A stretch of DNA of 61,793 nucleotides, counting the filler. It is 14 parts of 14 records of this genome, joined end to end, with 100 filler letters (N's around TTAATTAATTAA, not from the genome) between each part and the next. Parts side by side here need not be neighbours in the genome. Positions count along the whole stretch, not along the records: positions 46,060 to 52,927 come from SRR7504441_12944; positions 53,028 to 58,020 come from SRR7504441_12981; 12 more parts are not named here. The stretch is one strand, 5' to 3'. A program made the position numbers and the translations under genes. Every line of letters starts with the position of its first letter. Position 1 is the first letter of the stretch. The notes under the pieces were generated by a model, which made no database searches, was not told the DNA's origin, and worked only from the letters and a program-made list of their open reading frames with translations. Below are positions 46,060 through 56,539 of this stretch, piece after piece.

Positions 46060-49000
46060 GATCGTGCCGGATGCGGCGGAGGATAGCTTCGAGGGCCGTG
46101 ACGAGTACAAGGCAGTCCTCCTTTTGTCGGCCTTGGAGCAGTTCTGGACGGCGGGTTCTTCTGGCGAGATGGAGCCAGCCACGTCAGAGAGGCACATCAC
46201 TGTTGGGGCGCAGAGCTGGGACAGCCGCACTGACACATCCACGCTGCAGACCACAGTCGGGATGTCGGCCTGCGACGGTTTTGGAGACTTGGAGCAGCCT
46301 GGGATTGCCGCCCGGCTCACACAGGTGGACAGAGGGCACGCTGATAATACCACGCACGCCTTCCATCTAATCACGCTTGCCTCTAACGAACGGCACATCA
46401 AAGCCCCGCACGTGGAGCTTGACCCATTCAACACCACGTGCGCCCCAGTGGGCGACCCGGTCCAGCACGCAGCTGCCTACGCTCAAACAGCCGGCGAGGC
46501 CGTGTACGTAGATGACATTCCGGTGCCCAACGGCTGCCTCTTTGGAGCGATCGTGACTTCGCCCGCACCGTTTGGCAAGATCACCGCTGTGCCCGTCGAA
46601 GAAGCGCTTCAACTCACAGGACGAAGGGGGGCTGCGGTGCGTGGCTACTTCGATTTGAGAGACGCTGCAGGCAGCAAGGTTACCAAAGGGATGCGGTTTC
46701 GTCACACCAGCGTGGAGCACACCCCGTTCGCCACTGGGTACTTGATGTGCATCGGAGCCACCGTCGGGATGGTTGTTGCGGACACGCAAGACCTCGCCAA
46801 TAGGGCTGCAGCTCTTATTTCAAACAGCATCGAGTATTATGAAGAGGGAGACCGGTTGCCCAGCCCGCTTGCCGGTGCCGTATTCACAATCGACGAGGCA
46901 ATTGAGAAAGAGGCCAAGCTTGCAGAGTACAGAAAGGAGCTTCATTCCAACCTCGCAACACTGGAGGGCGAAGCGCTCTTGGAAGAGGCGTGCAGATGGG
47001 GACTTGATGCAGAAGAGAACCAGACCTTTGACGCCGAAAGCAGCGCCAATCGCAAGACAAGCCTCGGTCAGGTCTATGACGAGATGTTCTCTGCGTACTA
47101 CCCTTACACGCACAATATTGTTCACGGCAAAGTGGATGATGAACTTGAGGCTTGCGAGACCGGAGACGGCGTAGTGGTAAGCGGCACAGTCCGAGTGGGT
47201 GGGCAGGAGCATTTCTATCTGGAGCCGCACTGCTTGATGATGGTGCCCGGAGAGCACGGCGAGATGACCGTCTTTTCGATGACCCAGTGCGTACAAAAGA
47301 CGCAGCGGCTGGTGGCTTCTGCCATCGGTGTGCCGTGTGCCAAGGTTGTTGTGAAAGTCAAGCGAATGGGAGGAGCGTTTGGCGGCAAGGAGACCTTGAG
47401 TGCTTACTTGACACCAGCGCTGGCGATAGCTGCCGCACAGCTCAGGCGGCCTGTGCGGCTCCTCTTGACCAGGGATCTGGACATGAATATCTCAGGCCAG
47501 CGCCATCCGTTCAAGTACGAGTATCGGGCTGGCTTTTCTAAAGACGGCATCTTCCAGGCGCTTGACGTCCGCTTATGGAACAACGGCGGGGCTTCGTCAG
47601 AGATCTCCCGCGAGGTAATGGACCGTGGCATGTTCCATGCAATGAATGCATACAATGTGCGGAAGGCATTTCGGACTGAGGGCTTTGCCTGCAAGACCAA
47701 CATTACCTCCAACACGGCGTTCCGTGGCTTTGGGGCCACCCAGACCATGCTCATGACTGAGACTGTGATGGAGCAGGCTGCTATCGCTCTGGGCATCACT
47801 CGAGAGCAAATTGTCCAGCGCAACTTGCTGCATGCAGGTGCAAAGCTGCCATATGGTCAACTGGTCCCCCAGTGCCACCTCAGTGACATGTGGCAAGAAC
47901 TATGCGGCGTGGATAATGCTCGGCTGGCTGCTCGGCGGGCTGAGATTCTCTCCTGGAACCAAAGCAATGAGCGATACAAGAAAGGCCTGGCTGTTGTGCC
48001 TACCATGTATGGTATCAATTTCCCTGTGGCCTGGCTCAACCAAGGTGCGGCATTGGTGCTAGTCTACACGGATGGTTCGGTGCTCGTCAGGTCTGATCTG
48101 TCCTAAAGTGCCTAAACTGACTTGCTGCTGGCAGCCATGGTGGAACTGAAATGGGACAAGGATTGAACACTAAAATGATTCAGATTGCTGCTCAGGTGCC
48201 TGCACAGTCCTTCTCCCTTTAAGCTGAGACTCTACGGCAGGTGTTTGGTATTTCAACCGAGTTTGTCCACGTCGCAGAGACGGCGAGTGATAAAGTGCCC
48301 AACACTCCACCGACTGCAGCTTCGGTCGGATCTGACGTGCATGGAATGGCTGTGCTCAACGCGTGTGAGAAAATCAAGGCCCGACTCAAGCCGTTCAAAC
48401 TGCGGCACCCAGACTGGTCCTTCCAACAGCTCTGTGAAGCTGCTTGGTTTGAGCGGGTGGACATGGCCGCTGAGGGATTCTATGCCACCCCAAAGGGGGC
48501 TGAGTACGACTTCAGCTGCGATGTGGAGGACAATGCCGAGCGTGGGGATATGTGGAACTACTTCTGCTTTGGGGTCGCTATGGCTGAGGTGCAGGTTGAT
48601 ACCTTGACCGGCCAGTTTTTGGTTGGAAAGGCGGAAGTTATCATGGATGTGGGCCAGAGCTTAAGCCCAGCGATCGACATAGGCCAGGTCGAAGGAGCCT
48701 TCATTCAGGGGATGGGCTACTTCACCACAGAGGAGCTTATCTGGGGCGACCCAGCACACCCGTGGGCCAAGCAAGGCGTGCTTGCCAATGCAGGACCCCA
48801 CTACGGCATTCCTACCCCATCCGATGTGCCACTCGAGCTCAGTGTCACACTGTGGTCCAAGGACGCACCCAATCCTTATGCAGTTCATTCTTCAAAGGCG
48901 GTAGGCGAACCGCCGACATTCCTGTCCGCGAGCGTTTTCTTTGCCATCAAAGATGCGATCAAAGAAGCTCGGGCTGCCAATGGTGTGCAGGGGTTCTTTA

Positions 49001-49104
49001 GGCTTGATGCGCCCGCCACGTATGAAAAGATCCGGATGCTATGCGTAGACCCACACACACGCAGGTTGGTGGGAGATGAGTTTGTGGCGCAGGGCTCGTA
49101 CTAA
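46060..49104 (+). CDS. XDH: Xanthine dehydrogenase/oxidase, molybdopterin-binding part, 5'-partial (two introns near 48088-48240)
   Basis: GEAVYVDDIP, GGQEHFYLE, RMGGAFGGKET, TAFRGFG, HGGTEMGQGLNTKM, SLSPAIDIGQVEGAF, SSKAVGEPP. Confidence 0.95.
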
Positions 49105-49290
49105 GCTCGCGCAATCACGTCGCGAACACAATTATTGTGGTCGATTGACCTCTCGTGATCATGCTCCTATAGCTTGATCTTTAGTGCATGTACGATGAAT
49201 ACGAGTACATGATTTGACAATGTATTGTCCATGAAGCAGTTGTGCATTAGTTGTGCATTTAACATTTGTACAATCATGTACTACTTACCC

Positions 49291-49360
49291 GTACGAGTAC
49301 CGTACGAGTACTTAACGAGTACTCGTACTCTATCTATGTCTACTCGTACGTACTCGTACT
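49291..49360. repeat. Cluster of TACGAGTA/TACTCGTA motifs between convergent stop codons
   Basis: GTACGAGTACCGTACGAGTACTTAACGAGTACTCGTACTC...TACTCGTACGTACTCGTAC; the same motif occurs at other 3' ends. Confidence 0.75.
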
Positions 49361-49451
49361 CTATCTATCTCTGCTCGTATCTTTGTGACTGCCTTATCGT
49401 AGCCAGTTTGAACAATTTTGAACCCCATGAGCATGAACCAGAACCAGATCA

Positions 49452-50186
49452 TCACGAAGGAGTGCGCTCTAACCACCGAGCCATGCTGTCAAGATGCCCA
49501 AAGAATTGCTGAAAAGGCGGTCCGCCGTGCGAATGGTGAAGGCAATGGTCGCGCACGCCTGGAAAGAGCGAATTGCGGAACACCCGGGGCCACTTGGCTA
49601 CCGAGTGCGACTCAGTTAGCATGAACGTAACGATTATGTTGTGCAGGAAGCGGGCCAACCGGCTCTTGCTCACTCCGTATATCGGCGAGTGCCGCTGGAC
49701 TGCAATGTTGACCAGAACCTGCAGGGCCCCGTCGACCAACGAGTGGTCCAGCACCTTGGTTGCGGACATGTTCTTGCCCGACGAGTGGTGCCGCGTGTGC
49801 TGGGCGCAGCGGCCCAAGGCGGCCACCTTGTGGTAGCCCCAGTGTATGCAGAAGAAGATGGCGTCGTAAGCAACTAGCCCGTATGCAACTTCTACTACAA
49901 GCCGCAGGTGGCCGCCTTCAGTAGATCCGGGGCAGCCGTCCTCCAGGAGGGCCGGGGGCGGGACCAGGGCCCGCCACACCAGGATCCCGACCCAGTACAT
50001 GGCCAGCGCAGGCAGCAGCACCCACTCGTCCCTGAAAAAGGCCCCGCGCTCCGAGGCCGCCGATTCGCGATGCTCCCGGGCGCGCCAGAACCAGATGCTC
50101 AGGGCGAAGGATCCGGAGGCCACCGCAGGGTCGACCCACCACTGGCGCAGCAGCCCCCCGGCGAACGCCGCCTCGCAGAGGGACAT
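49452..50186 (-). CDS. Fatty acid hydroxylase / sterol desaturase superfamily protein
   Basis: His boxes YD..FF..HWGYH, HTRHH, ESHS and HCLHH, then FFGHLD. Confidence 0.85.
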   Translation of the reverse strand: MSLCEAAFAGGLLRQWWVDPAVASGSFALSIWFWRAREHRESAASERGAFFRDEWVLLPALAMYWVGILVWRALVPPPALLEDGCPGSTEGGHLRLVVEVAYGLVAYDAIFFCIHWGYHKVAALGRCAQHTRHHSSGKNMSATKVLDHSLVDGALQVLVNIAVQRHSPIYGVSKSRLARFLHNIIVTFMLTESHSVAKWPRVFRNSLFPGVRDHCLHHSHGGPPFQQFFGHLDSMARWLERTPS

Positions 50187-50266
50187 AGTGCCGCAGAGGG
50201 ACCTGCGGTCCGGCGCTCCGTCACAGCTGCAGCTGCCAGTTCGGATCGTGCCGTTGTTCCAACATC

Positions 50267-50557
50267 ATGGTTGCACCCGAGGCCGTCCGGCAGGGCCTGG
50301 CACGGGCCGGGCTCGGGCCCCGGCAGTGCACCGAGCTGAGCGAGCGAGCACCGCCCCGATCGGCGCAGGCCTGGCCCGGGGAGCCGGTCGAACAGTTAGT
50401 GCACCAGGTCCTGACCCAGCGGCGACGGGAGCTCCGGGGCAAGCGGGCCTGGCTCCAGTGGCTGCTGGGCCGGCTCCGGTACGGCGCGCTGGGGCTGGTG
50501 GTCGGGCTGGGGGCGCGGTACGCCTGGAAGCTCTACCGGGCGGGGATGCTGGTGTGA
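50267..50557 (+). CDS. Small hypothetical membrane protein (96 aa)
   Basis: ATG-started ORF with a C-terminal hydrophobic helix, divergent from the hydroxylase gene. Confidence 0.45.
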   Translation: MVAPEAVRQGLARAGLGPRQCTELSERAPPRSAQAWPGEPVEQLVHQVLTQRRRELRGKRAWLQWLLGRLRYGALGLVVGLGARYAWKLYRAGMLV

Positions 50558-51750
50558 GCTGCGGCCAGTTCGGACGCGCTGCCCCCGGGCCAATATCGAC
50601 CCAGCGAGGAGCCCCCTCTTCCAGTGCTCGCGACCCGAGCTGTACTCGCGACCCGGCGTTGGAGGCGATTCGGTACGGCGGTCGGCCCTCCGTCGGCTGC
50701 TGGTTGCTACGACGTCCACGGGTATCGACGTGCTGCGAGTACCAATGCTGATGAAAGTGTGTGTTGGCACCCGGCCGGAGCCTCAGCTGCGGAAAACCGA
50801 GCCGCGGCCAGCTGCACACCCCAGGCGCAGCCCTAGCCGCAGGAGTAAGGGTGTACACGTATATGCCACGATTGTGCTGTGCGGTTGGTTGTTGGGGCCT
50901 TGATGCGTGCCCGGCGAGCTCGTAACTCCAAATGCACACAGCCCCATACCTAGAGCTTACAATGAAACTTGATTTATACGTCTACGAACCAATGACTCGG
51001 CCCGCGCACTATATACGGCCCTCTCTCTATCTCTTGGCTCGTCCGCACTTCCACAAAGCTGAAAGTGGCCACCCTCCGGGCGCCTCGTCCAATCGGCCAA
51101 GGCCCCACGTTCGTCATCGCGCCAGGCGCGACGTGTGTATTGCCTGCAGCGGGCATCCCGCTCCCGCTGCCCCATCAATTTTAAAACACGCTTCCCTCCA
51201 CACCACGCGTCCCGCCCCGTCCTCCGGGACTGCCGGGCTGGGCTGCGGCGTGCCCCGACAGGGCTCAGCAGCCCTGGCTGCCAAACTCCCAGCTCGGCTC
51301 GCCACCCCCCTCGCGCAGCTCGGTCATCCTCCGCGTCCGCCGGTTGAGAGGCCGGGCCTCCCGGTCGGGGAACTCGCCGGCTTCGCTTCCGAGGGTGAGC
51401 TCGGGGTCTGTTGGCTCCGGGCTGCTCCGGCAGCGGGTCGGGTCGTGGTGCGGGCGCTCGGCTGGAGCCCAGCTGCGGGCCAGCCGCCGCCAGCCGGGGC
51501 TGCTCGCGTCGGAGGTCGGTGAGTCGGCAGGGACCAGCATGTGTTTCCCGCAAGTTTCCCGCGTAAAACACTGAGGGACGTCGCCAAAAATAGATGTCGG
51601 TTGATTAGCTCAACTTTTGCGGGTGTCTGTTCAGTTCCCTCGAGTTGCGGGGCACACGTCGCGCTTCGTTCTAGCCCTCTCAGGTCGACACGGGTGGGGG
51701 GCACACGCGGCCAGCGGACCCTGCGGACAAGTCCATATATAGCACCAAGC

Positions 51751-52927
51751 ATGGGCAAGCACAGCAAGCGGGCCAAGGCTCGGGCCAAGGCTCGCCAACT
51801 CGAGGAGGAGGACTCCGATTACCTCGCATCCTCGCCGGAGCTCCTGCTCAGGCACACCTCCGGCCGGCAGCTCAAGGTGGTGGTCATCGGCGCCGGAGGT
51901 GCCCTCCTTGCCCTCTCGCCCGGGCTAACCCGATCGGGCCAGCCGCCGGGCTGAGCGCTGCGCGAGGACTGGAGGAGCACCCAACCGTTGATTGCCAAGT
52001 GACGGTTCTTGAGGCCAGGCCGCGGACTGGCGGCCGGATGCACACGTTCGAATTTGAAGCGAGCGGGGAGCATCCGGCGGTGAGCGTCGATCTGGGCGCC
52101 AACTACATTACCGGGGATGCCGAGAGTGCCGGGCCGGTGGTTCGGCCGGGTAGGCGCGGCTTGAGGATGGTCAGGTGTGGAACCGGGCGATTTCGACCGG
52201 CCTCAAGTGCGCGATGGCGCCTGGGCGCCACTGGGACTCGACGCAGCAAGCGCGCTGGCACGATCCAGCCACGAGTGAGCCGATTGCGCCCGAGGAGATC
52301 TTGCTGGTCCACGCTATCGCCGACAAGGCAACCCGTGGCGAGCCGGGGCATGAGAGATGGCGGCAGGTGCTGGGCAGGCTTGCCCGAATGGGGCTCACCG
52401 CCGACCGGCAAGCCACGGTGGCGGATTCTATCCCGGCCGCCACGCGCTTTGTTCTGGACAAGCTGGGGCGTGCTGAGCTGACCCAGACCCAGCTGAGCTG
52501 CCTGAGCTCCGTGCTCCAGAAGGCGCTGGGCTACGTGTGCCGGCTGGACGAGCTGCCGTTGTATGAGATGGCCGAGCCGGCCGCGGATTATGCGGTCGAG
52601 CTCGACGATCAGTATGGCAGCGAGGAGTGGCTGCAGCTGCAGCTGCCTGAGTACGAGGCAGAGCTGGATGAGCTGGAGCCGCCGGTGATCGGGCCGGCCC
52701 GGAACGAGGACGGGCCCGGCTGTCGGCTGGTAGTGGATGGGTACCGCCAGTTCCTTGTGGATCCCCTCGCTCAAGGGCTGGACATCAGGCTGAATGCAGC
52801 TGTCAGTAGTGTCGAGGCCGGCCAGGACGGCGTAACAGTGCGCACGCGAGGCGGCCAAGCGCACGAGGCCGATTACGTGGTGGTCACGGTGCCGCTGGGC
52901 GTGCTCAAGAATCGGCATCCGGACAGT
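51751..52927 (+). CDS. Flavin-containing amine oxidase (polyamine oxidase/LSD1-like, no SWIRM seen), 3'-partial, with introns
   Basis: KVVVIGAG|AAGLSAA, VTVLEARPRTGGR, VDLGANYI, LAQGLDIRLN, ADYVVVTVPLGVLK. Confidence 0.88.
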
Positions 52928-53220
52928 NNNNNNNNNNNNNNNNNNNNNNNNNNNNNNNNNNNNNNNNNNNNTTAATTAATTAANNNNNNNNNNNNNNNNN
53001 NNNNNNNNNNNNNNNNNNNNNNNNNNNTCGAAATCGATCCGTGGTATCGGGTTCATCACCCATGTAGATCTGCGCGGCTGTCCATGCTAGGGTCGTGGTC
53101 CTCGATAGCGTTAGAGTATCGCACTATCGCTTAGGCCGTGATACCAAGTTTAACACGATACTCTCTCCTTGCGCCTTACTTGCTCCCCATCAATCAAGCG
53201 CCCTCGCGCTACACTGACCC

Positions 53221-54171
53221 TTATGGCGCCGCTGTTATCATCAGCAGCTCATTGGTGACAACATGCGGAAAAGGTCTCCAGTCAGGCGGTGGCGGTGCAA
53301 CAACAATAGGCGGGAAGGTGACCCCAAACGGTACGGGCAGCGCTATCTCATGGCACCTGACTTTTGCAGGCATCGAAAGATTCTGGCAATGCTCGTTCAA
53401 AGCACCCTGGAGCATTCGTGTATCCTCAGGATCCCCACAAGGCATACTCAAGGTAAACCTCCACGGAACCAGATTCAAATATGCATACCGCAGCGCCTGC
53501 AGCGCTCCACTAGCTATCAGATCTCTCAACGATGCTGGTTCTGGGCCTCGCGTAGGCGCCTCGATACACAAGGAGCGCAGTGTGGCAGCGGTGCGCCGAA
53601 TCAACGCAATCGCACAGTGACGCAAGTGCACCCAATCTTGGGGAACGTTCATCAGTGTGGCTCCGCGTGAATAATGTACGATGTGGAGTACCCGCAGAGC
53701 CGTAAACTGCTGCCCCAGCTCGGCAAGCGCTCCTGAGAGGTTCCGTGTGCACTCCGCACCCCCACCCCCTTGGTACGCGCCCAGAAACAGATGAGTAATT
53801 TCACCTCCGTGCCGCTGGGACACCAGCTCGAGGCGTCTGTACGCCGAGTGGTCACTCCCGTGGATGACATCAAGCTGGATTTGGATCCCAGCCTGTAGGG
53901 CCGGGTGCTCGGTCCAACGGTGTGCGCGGAGTGAGCCGGCTCCGATGGCGAGGACGCGTACCGGCGGCTGGCTCCGGCGATAGCTCGAGCAGGTGGCTCC
54001 CCACATGAGGCCTCGGGGGCCATTCGCTAACAGCGCCACCTGGCTAATGGCCGAATTGGGCAGGTCGGACCATGCTGCAAGTGGCCGAATTGGGCAGGTC
54101 GCTGCACTGTGGTTCGCGACTACGGAGCATTTGGCCTGCAGCAAGCGCATGGTGAGGGGTGCCCATCCCAT
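53221..54171 (-). CDS. F-box-like protein
   Basis: WSDLPNSAISQVALL...GATCSSYRR F-box pattern, followed by degenerate LRR-like segments (TALRVLHI, TLRSLCI). Confidence 0.55.
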   Translation of the reverse strand: MGWAPLTMRLLQAKCSVVANHSAATCPIRPLAAWSDLPNSAISQVALLANGPRGLMWGATCSSYRRSQPPVRVLAIGAGSLRAHRWTEHPALQAGIQIQLDVIHGSDHSAYRRLELVSQRHGGEITHLFLGAYQGGGGAECTRNLSGALAELGQQFTALRVLHIVHYSRGATLMNVPQDWVHLRHCAIALIRRTAATLRSLCIEAPTRGPEPASLRDLIASGALQALRYAYLNLVPWRFTLSMPCGDPEDTRMLQGALNEHCQNLSMPAKVRCHEIALPVPFGVTFPPIVVAPPPPDWRPFPHVVTNELLMITAAP

Positions 54172-54355
54172 CACAGGCGGAGCTGGGCGTCAGGCGGCGC
54201 ACCATGATGAGCTTGGCCGGCACCTTGCCTGTCGGCTGGTAAGAGGACTCGTGAGGACCGGTCAGACCCAGGTGGCAGCCGCCAACTCAATCGATCATCA
54301 ACGGCATCCATCAATTTCAGGCTCGAGGGTTGGGCTTTGGTCGACATTCTTCACG

Positions 54356-56308
54356 ATGCGCAGCCCGGCGGCCTCCGGCCGGACGACCCCTCCTACCGAG
54401 CCAAGGGAGGAGAGCGATGTGGAGCTGGCGCCCTTCCTGGGGCCCGACACGCCGCCCAGGGGCTCGCCCACCTCCTCCCCCCGTTGCTCCCCGCGCACGA
54501 TGTTCCGGCGGGCTTCGGCCAAGATCAACCAAATGCCCCGGTTCAGGCGCAACATGCTGGGGGGCGTACTAGCCGCCGTCGGTCTCGGATTGCTCGGGTA
54601 CATGCTGTACAAGCTGCTCCCTACCCGGATGCGTCACGGCTGCCCCGCCGGCAACCGATGCCCTGATCCTACTTTTGTCCGGCCTTCTCGCGACGAGACA
54701 CAGGCTCGCTGCGGGCTCATGCCGTGGGGGTCGCCCGAGAAGCTGAAGGTAAGCAGCTTCTCGTCGCAGGCGGCGTCGGTGATGGGAACGGCGGCCGAGG
54801 CCGCGGGGCTGCTCAAGCCCGGTCTCAGGGCGACCGAGGCCGAGGCGCGGGCTCTGGTGGAGGGGTATGCTAAGCTGCACCGTCGGATGATGGACCCTCA
54901 CGACAAGAAGCCCAAGCGGTTCTACGTGGCGAACTCGATCATGGCCAACTCAGGCAACCGGGCGATGGGCCTGGTTTCTCACCTGGTGCTGGCCATCATG
55001 TCTGGCCGCGCGCTGGTATATGACGGCTGGCTGCCCGGATTCGATTTCCCCATAGATCTGGACTATCAGCACGTGCCCGGCTCGTACGGCTGCGTGCTCA
55101 GAAGCGAGTGGGAGGGGAGCGGGAACACGGAGTGGCTTGCATACGACCCGAAGGAGACGTTCTGTGATGCGTACCAGCTGGACAGCCTGATGGGCAACGA
55201 TCCTCTTTTCTACTGGACCACGTTCACGCCGGACTGGTGGGCCAAAAACCCGACCCCAGGGCTGAACGGCCTGCCGGGGGCGCTGGACATTCTAGGCACT
55301 TCGACCAATGTGCACCACCGTGCTTGGATCCAGCGTCACATCGGGGATCACGTGCGGGTGCTCACAAACTGGTTCCTCAAGCCGGACCCGCATCTGATGC
55401 AGGAGGTGCTCGCGATAGAGTCAAAGCTGTGCGGCGGGCAGTGCGAGCTCGGAGTGCACATCAGGCGCGGCAAGGACAACGACCTCTACTTCCCTCTTAA
55501 AGACGAGCGAGCAGAGATCAAACAGTTTGCCACCTGCGCCGAGAGGGTGGCGCGGGCGAAGAACCTTGGCCACGACTGGAAGGCGTATGTGGCTTCGGAC
55601 ACGGCATCGGTAGTGAACACGGCTCGAGAGTTCCTTGGAGGATCTCGCACCAGGGTAGCAGATGTGACCCGTGCTTGTGACGTGACAAGTAAGTGTGACG
55701 ACATGAAAATGAGGGCGAACATGAACGCTCTGAACGAGAGCTTGAAGGAGGTGTTTTTGATGACGCGGACAAAGTACTTTATCGGCACGCGCTTCTCGAC
55801 CTTCAGCATGCTGGTGGCCTCGATGCGAGAAGACAAGCATTTCATGGTCTACCCAGGCGTGTATGATGAATGCCTGCAGGCTTCTAGCCCGTTCAACTCA
55901 CTCAGCAGGTTCGAGCAAACAAACCTGGTCACCTCCAGCGGCGACGCCTCGTTCTCGATTTACGGCAGAATGGGCCAAGTGTACTGCATTGATCAAGAGA
56001 TGATAAACGATGCTCAGGCGCTCGGAGGGACTTTCAACCCGCACACGGAGACGCTCCAGGGAGTGCTCCATTGGGACAAGCCGACCCAGCACCCAAAGGC
56101 CTGCGCCAGAGACTACACCGAGGACTGCCCCGAGCTGTGGAACCTGGACGTGGCCTCGGGGCTCTGCCACAGCCCCAAAACGTACTTGGGCAACTGCGGC
56201 AAGACGCTATATCCAAAGATTTCAGTAGAGGAGAAGCAAAAGTGGGCCTTCCTGTGCAGCGCCGATTGGCCGTGCAAGTACGACCTGGACCGGTTCATCA
56301 GTCGTTGA
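54356..56308 (+). CDS. Type II membrane alpha-fucosyltransferase-like enzyme (GT23/GT37-like) with a C-terminal CPW-WPC domain
   Basis: TM anchor; SGNR...LAIMSGRAL; GVHIRRG; YVASD; EVFLM..TKYFIGTRFSTFS; C-terminal RDYTEDCPELW...C..P..Y.G.C...EKQKW...C...WPC. Confidence 0.85.
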   Translation: MRSPAASGRTTPPTEPREESDVELAPFLGPDTPPRGSPTSSPRCSPRTMFRRASAKINQMPRFRRNMLGGVLAAVGLGLLGYMLYKLLPTRMRHGCPAGNRCPDPTFVRPSRDETQARCGLMPWGSPEKLKVSSFSSQAASVMGTAAEAAGLLKPGLRATEAEARALVEGYAKLHRRMMDPHDKKPKRFYVANSIMANSGNRAMGLVSHLVLAIMSGRALVYDGWLPGFDFPIDLDYQHVPGSYGCVLRSEWEGSGNTEWLAYDPKETFCDAYQLDSLMGNDPLFYWTTFTPDWWAKNPTPGLNGLPGALDILGTSTNVHHRAWIQRHIGDHVRVLTNWFLKPDPHLMQEVLAIESKLCGGQCELGVHIRRGKDNDLYFPLKDERAEIKQFATCAERVARAKNLGHDWKAYVASDTASVVNTAREFLGGSRTRVADVTRACDVTSKCDDMKMRANMNALNESLKEVFLMTRTKYFIGTRFSTFSMLVASMREDKHFMVYPGVYDECLQASSPFNSLSRFEQTNLVTSSGDASFSIYGRMGQVYCIDQEMINDAQALGGTFNPHTETLQGVLHWDKPTQHPKACARDYTEDCPELWNLDVASGLCHSPKTYLGNCGKTLYPKISVEEKQKWAFLCSADWPCKYDLDRFISR

Positions 56309-56539
56309 CCCGCAAGCTGAGAAGGCAAAGCGATCGATGTCCACCGACAAGCCTCGTTGGCTATAGGATGTACGTACGAGTACTGTAATTGTTTGTTCAT
56401 GCTGAATCATGCATTGATCTAAAATGTGCACATCGACTGTCCAACTAGACTAAAGAAGAAACGAAACAATCAGGAATCAATCAGCCTGATGGACTGACAT
56501 TGTATTTTATACAACGCGTACTGTAAGCAAGACTTAGTA

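Noticed and set aside
12475-48240. Frame breaks in the channel, ABC, GCP5 and XDH genes as programmed frameshifts, stop-codon reassignment or pseudogenes
   Set aside because: Those I checked are resolved by short GT-AG or GC-AG introns that restore conserved motifs. TAA, TAG and TGA all end well-supported genes.
5705-50186. Apparent lipid/sterol gene cluster (SDR, acyltransferase, ERG24, ELOVL, hydroxylase)
   Set aside because: The genes lie on five different contigs, so the proximity comes from concatenation.
50575-51740. Possible gene between the small membrane protein and the amine oxidase
   Set aside because: Only low-complexity GC-rich ORFs on both strands; no supportable model.
53993-54355. 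121-codon N-terminal extension of the fucosyltransferase overlapping the F-box gene
   Set aside because: It starts at GTG. ATG 54356 gives a normal type II membrane topology with no overlap.
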